Below, in pieces: positions 25,400 to 37,491 of a stretch of DNA of 64,000 nucleotides. This stretch comes from Malacoraja senta (taxonomy: Eukaryota), in NCBI GenBank assembly GCA_038087875.1, contig JAXLNO010000324.1, positions 1 to 64,000 on the forward strand, read 5' to 3'. A program made the position numbers and the translations under genes. The notes under the pieces were generated by a model. It was not told the DNA's origin and ran no database searches. It saw only the letters and a program-made list of their open reading frames with translations. Within the stretch, counting starts at the first letter, position 1. Every line of letters begins with the position of its first letter.

Positions 25400-25742
25400 G
25401 CATAGAAACATAGAAATAGGTACAGGAATAGGCCATTTGGCCCTTCAAGCCAGCACCGCCATTCAATATGATCATGGCTGTTCATCTAAAATCAGTACCT
25501 CTTTCCTGTTTTTTCCCCATATCCCTTGATTTCGCTAGCCCCAAGAACTAAATGTAACTCTTTCTTGAAAACATCCAGCAAATTGGTCTCCACTGCCTAT
25601 CTGTGGCAGAGAATTCCACAGATTCACAACTCTCTGGGTGAAGAAAGTTTGTCCTCATCTCAGTCCTAACTGGCCTACCCCTTATTCATAAACTGTGACC
25701 GCTGGTTCTGAACTCCCCCAACATCGGGAACGTTTTTCCTGC
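25400..25742 (-). mobile_element. CR1-like LINE 3' end
   Basis: catagaaacatagaaatagg tail; closely matches 55765-56085. Confidence 0.85.
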
Positions 25743-25840
25743 AAAGTGAAAATCTAACAGGCAAGCAGGATGCTTTCTCCAACCACCCCCATTTGAAGGC
25801 CACTATCTTCCACCGTTTCTACCCAGTGCTTGGTACCTAC

Positions 25841-26092
25841 TTCCAACAGTCACTGGTTGTCCTCCAGGATGCACCGAGCCGCAGCCTGGTCCATGGCAGT
25901 CACCAGGGCGAATTTGGCGCAGAGTCTCTCATGACAGCAGCGCAACGCTTCCGACGCCTCCGACGGCCCGGGACTCTTGAACTGAGGCTGCTCCACGGCC
26001 GGAGCTGCGGCGAGCGACTCGCCAGCCTGGCAAACACTCGCCAGTCCCGGCTCCCCATCTGCATCTGCCCCTGCCGCTACTTCTGCTTCCAT
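25841..26092 (-). pseudogene. tdp2: TDP2 (tyrosyl-DNA phosphodiesterase 2)-like exon 1 fragment with nonsense codon
   Basis: RLCAKFALVTAMDQAAARCILEDNQ*LLE resembles the TDP2 N-terminal UBA-like region (human, from recall, LLCVEFASVASCDAAVAQCFLAENDWEME); conserved W is TGA; GAA|GTAGGT donor follows; no later TDP2 exons seen. Confidence 0.75.
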
Positions 26093-26569
26093 CGCTCCCT
26101 CAGCCCCGGCTCTCCAACATCCACAGCCCATGCAGTTGATATTAGTTTTGAAATTCTCGTTGATCACAGAATTTCTCATGACAGAGCGTGAGAAATTCTG
26201 TGAAGAGCGTGAGATCGTGAGAATTGGGCGAAATGCGTGATTCTCACGCTCAATGCATGAGAGTTGGCAGCTCTGCCACTGCCATATGAACCATTCATTG
26301 TGAAGTTACAACCTTTAAGCTGAGATTTTACAATGGAATCACATTGGGCCAGATGGTGCTTGACTCAGGCTGTGCTTTGCATCTCTTCTCCAGTAAGATG
26401 CCACTTACTTATTTGTGCCATTGTGCATCCCAATGGCCTATCTGTCTCATTGTTGTGGCTGTTCTGGCCTGGGGTACTTGATGAATAATGGCCAGACTGC
26501 AGACCGGCCTAATGGATTTCTGACTCTTAGTGTTATCAGAGGTATTTTACATTGCTTCACGATGGAGAC

Positions 26570-26950
26570 TATAAGTCATTGGGAAGGCTGCATCTGGAGT
26601 ATTGCTGACAGTTCTGGTTACCCCATTACAGGAAAGAAGTGGAGGCTTTGGAAAGGGTGCAGAAGAGGTTTACCACAATGCTATCTGGATTAGGGGGTAT
26701 TAGCTGGAGTGAGAGGTTGGACCAACTTGGATTGTTTTCCCTGAAACGCCAGAGGTTGAGGGGAGATTTGATAGAAGTATAAAGTATGAGAGACCGATAT
26801 AGGGTAGACAGTCAGAACTTTTTCCCCATGGTGGAATTGTCAAAGACTAATGGACACAGTTTTAGGATGAAAGGGGCAATGCTTAAAGGAGACATTGTAA
26901 GCTAAAGAGCCGCTTCCATTCCTGTACTTTTCTATATGCTATGTTCTATG
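26570..26950 (+). mobile_element. CR1-like LINE fragment
   Basis: ctggagtattg...gggtgcagaagaggtttacca...gaggttgaggggagatttgatagaag. Confidence 0.8.
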
Positions 26951-27436
26951 CCTCCGATTAGAAACAAATAAAAGCATTAAAATAGTTAATAAATAATGTT
27001 AATAAAAATTCAAAAAAATCACTTTTAAACCAATTTAAATTAACTAAAACATCAATATCAATTAAATAAAGTCAGGAAAACACAACACACCTTTTTAGTG
27101 AAGGTCAGCAACCTGATTCTAATGACTGGGGTAGACCAAATTTGCCTGCCAGGATTGAGGTAAAGCTGAGGAATCAGATACAAAGTGTATCCTGTCTTTC
27201 AGCTCTGCGCATTACTAAATATCTTTGAACTCTCCGGTGAAGCAAGAGGTCAGATGCACCCACATCCAACCTCCTGCTTAGCCAAGGAAGTGTGAAGTCT
27301 GCTGACAGGCATATTGTGGCCAGCCGAGGTCTCTATGGAAACCCCAGTCAGCCTCAGCACATTCAGGTTCATTATTTACAGTGTGTTGCTCCAGTTATGT
27401 TTGGTGACCAATTGCTTGCCTTCACAAATATTGATT

Positions 27437-27470
27437 GGCTGAAGAAGGGTTTCGGCCCGAAACGTTGCCT
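27437..27470 (+). ncRNA. Minimal type I hammerhead ribozyme motif at head of PLE-derived repeat (27437-27568)
   Basis: CTGAAGA-A-GGGT-TTCG-GCCC-GAAA-CGTT; stem I weak. Confidence 0.65.
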
Positions 27471-27979
27471 ATTTCCTTCGCTCCATAGATGCTGCTGCAC
27501 CCACTGAGTTTCTCCAGCATTTTTGTGTACCTTCGATTTTCCAGCATCTGCAGTTCCTTCTTTAACACAATTGGTTGTTAGAGAACTTGATTGCAGCTAA
27601 CCCCAATGATATTGAATTTATATGTTGGAGGTAGAAACTTCACTGCACAGAGCAATTGCACTTTTGGTATGGGATTGTATATGTCTACACACAAATCATA
27701 TTTCTGACTCTTTTCTGCCTGTGGAGTAGAGAAATGCCCACACAGACCAGTAGCATCTGAAGTGCATGAAGAAACTTTTAACAGTTCAGTGCACTAATGA
27801 GCAGTCAAGTCAATCATGTTGAGTTAATTGTCATATGCGCAAGTATGATGATGCACTGGTACAGTGAAAATCTTGCTTGCAGCAGTATCACAAGCAAATA
27901 GTCTCAGACCAACACACAACAAAGTGTTCATAAATGATATGAAAGAATAGTACTAAAACATAATTAGGAAACAATAACA

Positions 27980-28380
27980 AGCCCATGGTAGTTCAAGAGT
28001 AAGTCTGCAGTATTCCATTGTTGAGGGAGAATTAAGGTTGTGCTGGATGCTTCAAGAAGTTGATAGTTGTAGGAAAATTGCTGTCTCTGAACCTGGTGAT
28101 GTGGGACTTCGGCTTCTGTACCTGTGTCCACTGGTAGCAGTGAGTAAAGTGAGTGAGTGAGTCGCCTTTTTGAGACAGATCCTCATGTAGATGTTTTGTG
28201 CGCATGATGGACCAGACTTAGGACACCAGTCTGTAAGCATTGGAATTGTCTTGCCAGGTCATGATGCAACCAGTCAGGATACTTTCTACAGTACACGTCT
28301 AAATGTTTGTTAAGAATATTCAGAGACATACTGAATCTCTGTAAACCTTCAAGAAAGTGGAGGCACTGGCACGACTTATT
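27980..28380 (-). mobile_element. Rex/Babar-like LINE fragment
   Basis: Minus strand resembles ILTN.YRCTVESILTGCI..W and T(T)RFRDSFF. Confidence 0.7.
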
Positions 28381-28894
28381 CATTATTACAAAATGAACAA
28401 AAATGAACATCATTACAAAATACACATTATTACAAAATTACAAAAATGGCAAAACCTGACAAATGATACAGAGCCAGTCCATCTCTTTGCAAGTTGTAAT
28501 ATTTCTAAATTATAAAAAATAAACATAGACATGCAATTATTTTCTTGAAAAATTCTGGCTTAGCGTTCCCCTTGAATTTCTGCAGTGGCATTTACTTCTC
28601 TCAAGATTGACATTCAGAGTTTATTGTCATATATGCCAGGGTGTAATGAGATTCCTTGTTTGCATGAAGCTCATAGGGCACACATGACACATTGGGTACA
28701 TGATAATGGCAGATGCAATAATAAAACAATGACAAATGCAGAACAATAGAATGGTGCAAAGATTGTCGTGCAAGAGAGGGTTCTCTGGGGCATCTAAAAG
28801 TAAGTGCCTACATGCTCTTTTTCTAAAACAACTTGTTTTTTATTGAGCTCCAACATTACACCTTACAGAATAGCAAGGAACAATGGAAGTTTTG

Positions 28895-29036
28895 ATGGAG
28901 AGAAGGAATGGGTGACGTTTTGAAACGAGAATCTTCTTCAGACGTCTGAAGAAGGCTCTCGACCTGAAATGTCACCCATTCCTTCTAATCAGAGATGCTG
29001 CCTGAGTAACCTGAGTTACTCCAGCATTTTGTGTCT
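28895..29036. mobile_element. Head-to-head PLE-derived repeat pair with two degenerate hammerhead motifs
   Basis: Palindromic centre cttcttcagacgtctgaagaag. Confidence 0.8.
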
Positions 29037-29772
29037 GGTTGATTAACTTTCTTTGCTACAGTCATAATAGGACTTGATCTGAGTTTCTATCAGAATTAAA
29101 GTTAGCTGCACTTTCTTTGCCCGACATGTATCCAGTCCAGAAATTAAGTAAAAGGGCTTGTTGAAAAGATTTATTCAATAAGGATGATAATAATATCTCT
29201 GCGTGGAATGTTGTTGTTCTGTCGAAATCAACTGCTCTCTCTGACCCTTTCCATAACATATAGCTCTCATTCATACAGTCTTGCCACACACAGTAATCTG
29301 GTTCCAAATCCCATATAAATTACAACAATGGCATTATATATTTACATATGAGAAATGGCTGTTATCGTGCATGGTTATAAGTTGGTAGATTTTGTAACAA
29401 TAAAAATAAATCGAACATGGTTTGAAAATATTAAAATGCATTTAAAAGGAGCAAGGGGATAGCTTTGAACTTAGCAGTGCCCACCTGAGGGGAGAATGTA
29501 TTTGCTAGTGTGCAACGCCTGTTCTAGTTGGTTACAGAACAGGTAGGATTGGAGGGAGCACTTTCAGACAGAGATGAATGGCAATATCCTGCTGAATAGC
29601 CCCTCCTTGTGGTTCCCTTTCTTGGTAGCATTAGTGAAATAAAAGCAATTAGCTTAAAAAAATAGTTCAGAGTTCTCCTTTTGGCAAAGCTCTCCTAAAT
29701 TTACGGGGGGGGGGGGGTGGGGGGGGGGAGCTGAAAAAGGCAGGACCATATCTGTGGCAGCAATTGGAGGGA

Positions 29773-29808
29773 GGGTCTGAAGAAGGGTTTCGGCCCGAAA
29801 CGTTGCCT
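29773..29808 (+). ncRNA. Minimal type I hammerhead ribozyme motif
   Basis: gggt-CTGAAGA-A-GGGT-TTCG-GCCC-GAAA-CGTT-gcct; insertion 29765-29870 flanked by tctg(t/g)ggcagcaat. Confidence 0.75.
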
Positions 29809-31019
29809 ATTTCCTTCGCTCCATAGATGCTGCTGCACCCGCTGAGTTTCTCCAGCATTTTTGTGTACCTTCTGGGGCAGCAATGTTATGCTGCTTTGAT
29901 TTGCGTCATTGCTTGTTTATTATAAAGGAGGAAATAGCTGCTTAAACACAACTTGATTAATATAATATTCTTCAGGGATGCACAGAATCATTTTAGATGA
30001 TGCATTAAGGAATGAGGGCTGTGAAGTCCCATTTCAAAATGTATTTCATAATATTTATAAGTAGCACTCTATAGCATTGTGATGTGCCCATCCATATGTT
30101 TTGCTTGTGATACACACTGCAGGGATGATTGCTGTTCTGTTCTTTTCACTGCAAAAATGGATTAGTCATAAGATCCTTTCATTTGCAACTTATCAATGAT
30201 GGTGACTGGTAATGACAATAGAAGGTGTTATTGAACCTGATACAGCCTCATTAACATCAATAGAAATGCATTCATTAACACAGGATACTCACTGGGAGGA
30301 GTTATTGAGTCTGACAGTGTGAGAGAGTTACATTAGCATCATCATAAACACAGTCACCCACACAGTATGTTGACTGGGAGCAGTTACTGAGCCTGAAACT
30401 GATGGAGCTGAATCAGGGGGCAGAGGACTAGAAATGCAATTGCACAATGCTTCTCTTTAGCCGGCATTGCAAATGGACATTCTACAGAGTGAAATGTTTA
30501 CCACTTCTGGGCCACATTTTGTCACTCTGGAAATTTGACAAGATATTTCCCAGAGTGATTCCTCCTTTCGATTTCTGCATCGTTGTGCACAGGATGATGT
30601 TGTTCCTCAAACAATGATTGTTTTGGAGCATTTGGGGGAACGTTAGGCCACGCAGTCCTGGGAGCAACCACTTCTGAGCACTCTGGGACTACCTTGTTTT
30701 ACTGCAGTGCTAGATAGGATCACATGTAAGGTAAGTCCTTTACTTAACTTTGATCGGTGACTTCTGCATGCCAACCAACTAGGTCCACTGAACCCTCAGA
30801 CGGGATCACTCAATTCAATGTGGAAAACGACAATGCTTTGGGTTACATGCTCCTTTACAATTTGCAGTGTGCGATTTGCAACTGAAATGTTTGTTGTTAT
30901 GCTCCGGTGCATTGACTACTGCCCATTGATAATTATGGAAACAAATGGGATTAACTCAGGTTGGCACGGACGAGTTGTGCGAATGGTTCAATTTCCATGA
31001 ACTCTATGAGCTCCATGAA

Positions 31020-31680
31020 ACTAGCTCCCTGAAAGTGGCAAGACAAGTAAAAAGAGTGGTAGAGAAGGTGTAGGTCCACTTGCCTTCACTTGAGATTAAG
31101 AGTCAACAAGTCATGTTGTAATTTATTAAGTCTTTGGGCCACAGTTGAAGTATTGTGTGCAGTTCTAGTTGCCCCATTTCAGAAGGAATGTGGAGTCTTT
31201 GGACAGGGTGCAGAAGAGATGTACCAGAATTCTGGTAGAGGGTATTAGCTATAAGGTGAGATTGGATAAACTTGGTTTGTTTACTCTGGAGCATCAGAGG
31301 TTGAGGGAAGATCGGTAGAAGTCCATAAAATGATGAGAGGTAAAAATAGGGTAGCCAGTCAGAACCTTTTTCCCTAGGGTGGAAATGTTAAAGACGAGAG
31401 GGCACAGTTTGAAATTCAGTGAGGAAAAATTCAAAGGAGATGTATGGGGCAAGTTTTTTTACACAAACAGTTGTAGAAGCCAGGAATGCACTGTCAGGGT
31501 GAACACAGGTGCGATTTGGGAATTTAAGAAGCTTTTAGACAAGGACATGGATATGCTAGGAATGGAGGGATTTGGATTACATGCAGGCAGAGGAGATTAG
31601 TTTAAATTGACATCATTTTCGGCAGAGACATTGTGCCAAGTGGCCTGTTCCAGAACTGTACTGCTCTATGTTCGATGAAT
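31020..31680 (+). mobile_element. CR1-like LINE 3' region
   Basis: RP.LKYCVQF, KTRGHSLK motifs; ctgtactgctctatgttc tail. Confidence 0.8.
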
Positions 31681-31744
31681 GGGGTGGGGGTGTGGTGTGT
31701 TTGCTTCCCACCTCCTGTATGCCCCTCCTCGTGATTCTGAGATT

Positions 31745-31880
31745 TGCCTGTAACTCAGCGGGGCAGGCAGCATCTCTGGAGAGACCTTCTCGCCAGAGAT
31801 GCTGCCTGTCCTGCTGAGTTACTCCAGCATTTTGTGTCTATCTTCAGTTTAAACCAGCATCTGCAGTTCCTTCCTACACT
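31745..31880. mobile_element. PLE-derived inverted repeat lacking the ribozyme head
   Basis: caggcagcatctctggaga ... ccagagatgctgcctg inverted arms. Confidence 0.75.
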
Positions 31881-32159
31881 ATCTATGCCTTAGTTTGTTT
31901 TAACTGTTTTAAGTCTCCCAACCAAAAATGTCAAATGCATCAACATGCCTTTTTAAAATTATTGATCAAAACTTTTTTTTAAACTAACATGATAAGAATT
32001 GACACAAAATTAGGAAATATATCCAAGCACTGCCCAAGATTATGATTGTGGTATTGTATAGCTTCCAATCATGTGGCATTCAATGCAAAATCAATTCGTC
32101 TAAAAGTGTCTTTATTTTGAGCAGAGTTAACTTCCACTTGTCAGATCCCTGACACCATT

Positions 32160-32383
32160 GTAGACACAAAATGCTGGAGTAACTCAACGGGACAGGCAGC
32201 ATCTCTGGATAGAAGGAATGGGTGACGTTTCAGGTCGAAACCCATCTTCTGACTGAAGAAGGGTCTCAACCCGAAACATCACCCATTCCTTCTATACTGA
32301 GATGCTGCCTGTCCCGCTGAGTTACTTCAGCATTTTGTGTCTATCTTCGATGTAAACCAACATCTGCAGTTCCTTCTTACACA
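32160..32383. mobile_element. Palindromic PLE-derived repeat with two opposed hammerhead-like motifs
   Basis: ~90 bp inverted arms; ctgaagaagggtctcaacccgaaacatc; flanks ctgacaccatt/ctgataccatt. Confidence 0.8.
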
Positions 32384-32589
32384 CTCTGATACCATTACAT
32401 AGCAGGAAAATCAGAACAAAGCTAATCCTGCTCAAACCACCTGATCAACCTACTTTCAATGACTGAAGGTGTTGGCACAATTTCTCTTGCTTATCCACTG
32501 CACAGTTTTGTTTTGCCAGGGATGCAAAATGTGGATCACTTCAAAGCTCTGCAGTCCTCCAATATCTAGTTGTGAATGGTGCTGGGGAA

Positions 32590-34200
32590 TTCAGTAACTA
32601 ATAAATGAAGGTTCTGAGAAAAACCTTGGATCCCATTGATGGAGCCCATGTGTGAGTGCCAAAGACTTGCTGAAGCATTTGAAACTATGTTCAGTTGAAG
32701 TGCCAAGTGAACAATACATCTGGCCTTCCCCTTGAGACCCCACCATCATGAAGCTAATTCCACTCACTCCTTGTGTCATCACGAAATAGCCGAGAGGACT
32801 GAATACAGTAAAGGCTCTGGGACCAGACAACATTATGCGTGTATCACTGAAGACTCCTACTCCAGATCTAACTGCTCTACTTGGCATCCACCCAACCTTG
32901 TGGGACTCTGTCTAGGTATGTGCTATTCAAAATAAACAGGACTATCTCAATCCAGGTAATCAGCACCCAACCAACCTATTCTGAATCATAAACATGGAGA
33001 GTACCATCAGCAAAACTATCAAGAGGGACTTACTCACTAAATAACATGCTTATTGGCATTGACAGGGTCACTTAGTTCTTGTCTTAATCCAAACAGGGAC
33101 AAGAGCTGGATTCCAGAAGCGAGGTTACAGTGACGGTGCCTGGCATCAAGACAGCACATGGCACCAAGGAACCATGGCAAAATTACATTCAATAGGCATC
33201 GACTGGTGCATATCGGTTCATTCATTGCTTGGACCTTTACCTTGCACAATGGTTGTGCTTGTTGTAGGTCAGTCATCCCAGCCTTAGTACATTGTCACCG
33301 GAGTTTCTCATTACAGTGTCCTTGGCGAACAATCTTCAGCTGCTTCATCAATAGCCTGTATGCATCAAAACGTCAGAGAGGGATCTTAATTGATGATATA
33401 CAATGTTCAGTCCCATTTATAATTCCTCAGCAAATGAGTTAGTTCACAACTGCACTCAGCAAAATCTGGTCAACATTCAGTTATAGATTGATAAATGCAA
33501 CTAAGAGTGTCGCTGCAACAAGTGCTAGGCAAAGATTATCCCTAACAAGAGAAATTCGGATCAACTTCCTATCATTACAATTGCCAGGCTCCCCACTATC
33601 ATTCACTGGAGTGTGGCAGAGACAGTTGCTATCCCTGACCAGAATCTTAATCGGGTCAGTTGCAACGATATTGTGGCTGCAAGAGCAGGTCGGAGACTGC
33701 TTCAGCTATTCCTTCAGCAAATAACTTGGCTTTGACTCCCTGAAACCTTTCCAAGATCCACCAGACATTCGGTCAGGAATCCGATGAAATATCCCCAACC
33801 GGCATGAAAGTGCACAACTCCAATAAAACTCAAGAAGCTCAGAACCATTAAACTGTTCAACCATCCAATGCCATATTTCTTCTTCCCTCCACCAATATTG
33901 CACCATTGCTGCATAAAGTCACAGCCACAACTAGTTTTCTTGCAAATACCCCGCAAACCTGCTCTCTGCAGCATCCAGAAGGACAGAGCATTAGATGCCT
34001 GTCTAACTGCAGGTCCATCAAGTCATGCACAAACCAGAAGAGGAAATGTACCACTGGTCCTTTACTTTTCTTTTAGAACATTATGGAAGTCTCAATGGAA
34101 CATAGTTCCTTCACCAGCCACAGAGTCATCATCACCCACTCAGGGGCAAGTGGGAGTGGGTAAGAAACAATTATTAGGTCCTCTCCATACATCCATACCA
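32590..34200 (+). mobile_element. Degenerate non-LTR retrotransposon RT region (CR1-group, distinct from the HER1-like family)
   Basis: KALGPDNI, TIFSCFIN, DD and VRNPMKY..P.W remnants; many stops and frameshifts. Confidence 0.7.
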
Positions 34201-34439
34201 GTTCTGCATCACTTAAGTTCTGTGTGTTGTACCTTAGGTTTGTATGTTGACTGGCCAATGCTCTTTTTCACCTGTGCTGCAACAGAGGTAGGAACTGAGA
34301 TAAGAAAACAAATGAACATGTTGTCCATGCCAATTACAATTCTTTCAGATTCTTTCTCCCCCCCATCCGACCCTAAATAACAGAATCTTTCTTGATCAAA
34401 CCAGTCACAATTTGTTCATTGAAGCTCTGGAATATTAGA

Positions 34440-34780
34440 CTAGATGGCATTGAGGGGCATAGATAAAGTTAACAGTGAGACACCTGTTCCAAAAACAATA
34501 ATGTCTAAATGAGCATTCATAGATTTTGAGGAAAGTAAAAGGGTCAGAGGAAATCTGAGGAAGATTTTTTGTTCAGCTCTATAGGTTAGATCTGGAGCGC
34601 ACTGCCTGAGGGGATGGTGAAGGCAGAAACTCTCACCCCAAATAATATATATCTATATGACTCCTTGAATTGCCAAGGCATAGATGGCTAAAGATTAAGT
34701 GCTAAGTACAGATAGATGATGGGTGGCAGGGACACGGTCGGCTGAAGGACCTGTTTCCCTGTTGTATGATTCTGTGACGC
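34440..34780 (+). mobile_element. Old CR1-like 3' fragment
   Basis: gcactgcctgaggggatggtgaaggcag; gctgaaggacctgtttccctgttgtatgattc tail. Confidence 0.65.
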
Positions 34781-35637
34781 TTGTATGCTGAAGTCACTGG
34801 AATGGGACATGAACCCACATCCACCAGACAAGCAAGAGTGTTACTGCTGACACCTAAGGAGAGGCTGTGATAATAATATTATAAAAGGGTGAATGTTCTT
34901 TGAAAGTTAAAAATAGGCTGCTTTACACACTTTCTTCCCCATTGCACTTTCTGATCTGCGCTGCTCTGCGCTTTACTACTGCACAACATCATCATTTTCT
35001 AGGTAATATGGTGAGAGTTTCCAGCAACACTAAGCTTGGCTGGCTTCTCACCATGTAACAGTTGCAGCCTCCTTATCTTTCAAGGGGTGAATTCCAACAG
35101 TTAACTTGGCAATAGTTGAAAGGAGCAACGTTATTATTATATTTATTGGGCAGCAATGCGGCACAGATAGTTGATGTGCTGCTTCATGTTCCAGTAAGCC
35201 AGGCTCACTTCTGACCTCCACTACTGACTATGTGGAGTTTGCAACTGTGGTCTACATCACTCCACAGAGCCCTACTATTCACTCCGAAGATCCTACCCTG
35301 GTATATAGCACACCTTACACATTTCTCAACTGAGCTCATTTAGCCATTCCGTGGCCCTCTTGTCCAGCTGATCAAGGTCCCTATAATTCCTGATAACCAT
35401 TTTCACAGAGTATTACCTCACCTATTTTAGTGCCATCTGCACATTTTAATTTAGAGATATAGCATGGAAACAGGCCTTTTAGCCCACGCGCTGCCCAACG
35501 CTCACCTGTACCCGAATATTGCCAAGGCTCGAGGGACTCAGCTACAGGGAGAAATTGGGTGGGCTATGACATCATTCCTTGGAGCACAGAAGGCTGAGGA
35601 GGGATCTTATAGAGGTTTATAAATCATGAGGGGTATA

Positions 35638-37254
35638 CGGTGCATTCAGAAAGTATTCAGACCCCTTCACTTGTTCCACATTTTGTTATGTTGCAGCCTT
35701 ATTTTAAAATTGATTAAATTCTTTTTTTATCATCAATCTACACACAATACCCCAGAATGAAGAAGTGAAAACAGGTGTTTAGAAAATTTTGCAAAGTAAT
35801 TAAAAAGAAATAACTGAAACATCACATTTACATAAGTATTCAGACCCTTTGCTACGACACTCAAAATTGAGCTTAGGTTCATCCTGTTTCCATTGATTAT
35901 CCTTGAGATGTTTCTACAACTTGATTGGAGTCCACCAGTGGTAAATTAAATTGATTGGACATGAACTAGAAAGGCACACACCTGTCTATATAAGGTCCCA
36001 CAGTTGACAGTGCATGAGAGCAAAAACCAAGCCATGAAGATGAAGGAATTGTCAGCAGACGTCCGAGACAGGATTGTGTCGAGTCACAGATCTGGGGATG
36101 GGTATAAAACAATATCTGCAGTATTGCAGGTCCCGAAGAGTACAGTGGCTTCCGTCATTCTTAAATGGAAGAACTTTGGAACCACCAGGACTCTTCATAG
36201 AGCTGGCTGCCCCAAACTGAGCAATCGGGGGAGAAGGGCCTTGGTCAGAGAGGTGACCAAGCACCCGATGGTCACTCTGACAGAGCTCCAGAGTTCCTCT
36301 GTGGAGGTGGGAGAATCTTCCAGAAGGGCAACTATATCTGCAGCACTCCACCAATCAGGCCTTTATGGTAGAGTGACCAGACGGAAGCCACACCTCAGTA
36401 AAAGCCACATGACAGCCCGCTTGGAGTTTGCCAAAAGGCACCTAAAGGACTCACAGACCATGAGAAACAAGATTCTCTGGTCTGATTGAAATCTTTGGCC
36501 TGAATGCCAAGCATCACGTCTGGAGGAAACCAGGCACCGCTCATCACCTGGCCAATACCATACCTACGGTGAAGCATGGTGGTGGCAGCATCATGCTGTG
36601 GGGATGTTTTTCAATGGCAGGAACTGGGAAACTAGTTAGGATCGAGGGAAAGATGAACGGAGCAAAGTACAGAGAGATCCTTGTTGAAAACCTGTTCCAG
36701 AGCTTTCTGGACCTCAGACTGGGGCGGAGGTTCACCTTCCAACAGGACAATGACCCTAAGCACACAGCCAAGACAATGCAGGAATGGCTTTATGACAAGT
36801 CTGTGAATGTCCTTGAGTGGCCCAGCCAGAGCCCGGACTTGAACCTGATCGAACATCTCTGGAGGGACCTGAAAATAGCTGTGCATCGACGCTCCCTATC
36901 CAACCTGACAGAGCTATAGAGGATCTGCATAGAAGAATGGGAGAAATTACCCAAATACAGGCGTGCCAAGCTTGTAGCATCATACCCAAGAAGACTTGAA
37001 GCTGTAATCGCTGCCAAAGGTTCCTCTACAAAGTACTGAGAAAGGGTCTGAATACTTATTTAAATGTGATATTTCAGTTATTTCTTTTTAATTACTTTGC
37101 AAAAAATTCTAAACACCTGCTTTTGCTTTTTTATTATGGTGTATTGTGTGTAGATGGATGACAAAAAAAAGAATTTAATCCATTTTTGAATAAGGCTGTA
37201 ATGTAATAAAATGTGGAAAAAATGAAGGTGTCTGAATACTTTCTGAATGCACTG
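35638..37254 (+). mobile_element. Tc1-family DD34E transposon, IR/DR type (Passport/PPTN-like), near full length
   Basis: TA duplication; ~215 bp TIRs c(g/a)gtgcattcagaaagtattcagac with inner direct repeat aagtattcagaccc. Confidence 0.95.
36034..37039 (+). pseudogene. Tc1 transposase, inactivated
   Basis: MKMKELSADVRDRIV...ILWSD / [14 protein letters not shown]...QQDND-x34-E...AAKGSSTKY; frameshift after WSD and TAG at 36917-36919. Confidence 0.95.
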
Positions 37255-37491
37255 TAAATAAGGCTAATGCACAGAGTCTTTTTCCCAGGGTAGGGGCATC
37301 AAAAACAAGACGGCATAGGTCTAAGGTGAGAGTGGAAGATTTTAACAGGAATCTGAGGGGAAACGTTGTCTCTCAGAGGTTGATTAAAAAAGTGGAGTGA
37401 GCTGTCAGAGAAAATAGTTGAGGCGGGTACAATAACAACATTTTAAAAGGCATTTGAAGAGGTACATGCACAGGAAAGGATTAGAGGGTTA

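Larger units (their letters stand above)
23012..26275. mobile_element. Candidate hAT-like non-autonomous element with cargo (Pack-type)
   Basis: cagggctgccaac (23012) and gttggcagctctg (ends 26275) are 12/13 inverted; GTGAGA subterminal motifs at both ends; CCACTG directly flanks both ends. Confidence 0.5.

Noticed and set aside
25850..25852. In-frame TGA as selenocysteine
   Set aside because: It aligns with a conserved Trp (TGG>TGA), not Cys; no SECIS context or downstream exons.
33868..34380. 170 aa ORF
   Set aside because: Overlaps the decayed 3' part of a LINE; no coherent host-protein similarity.
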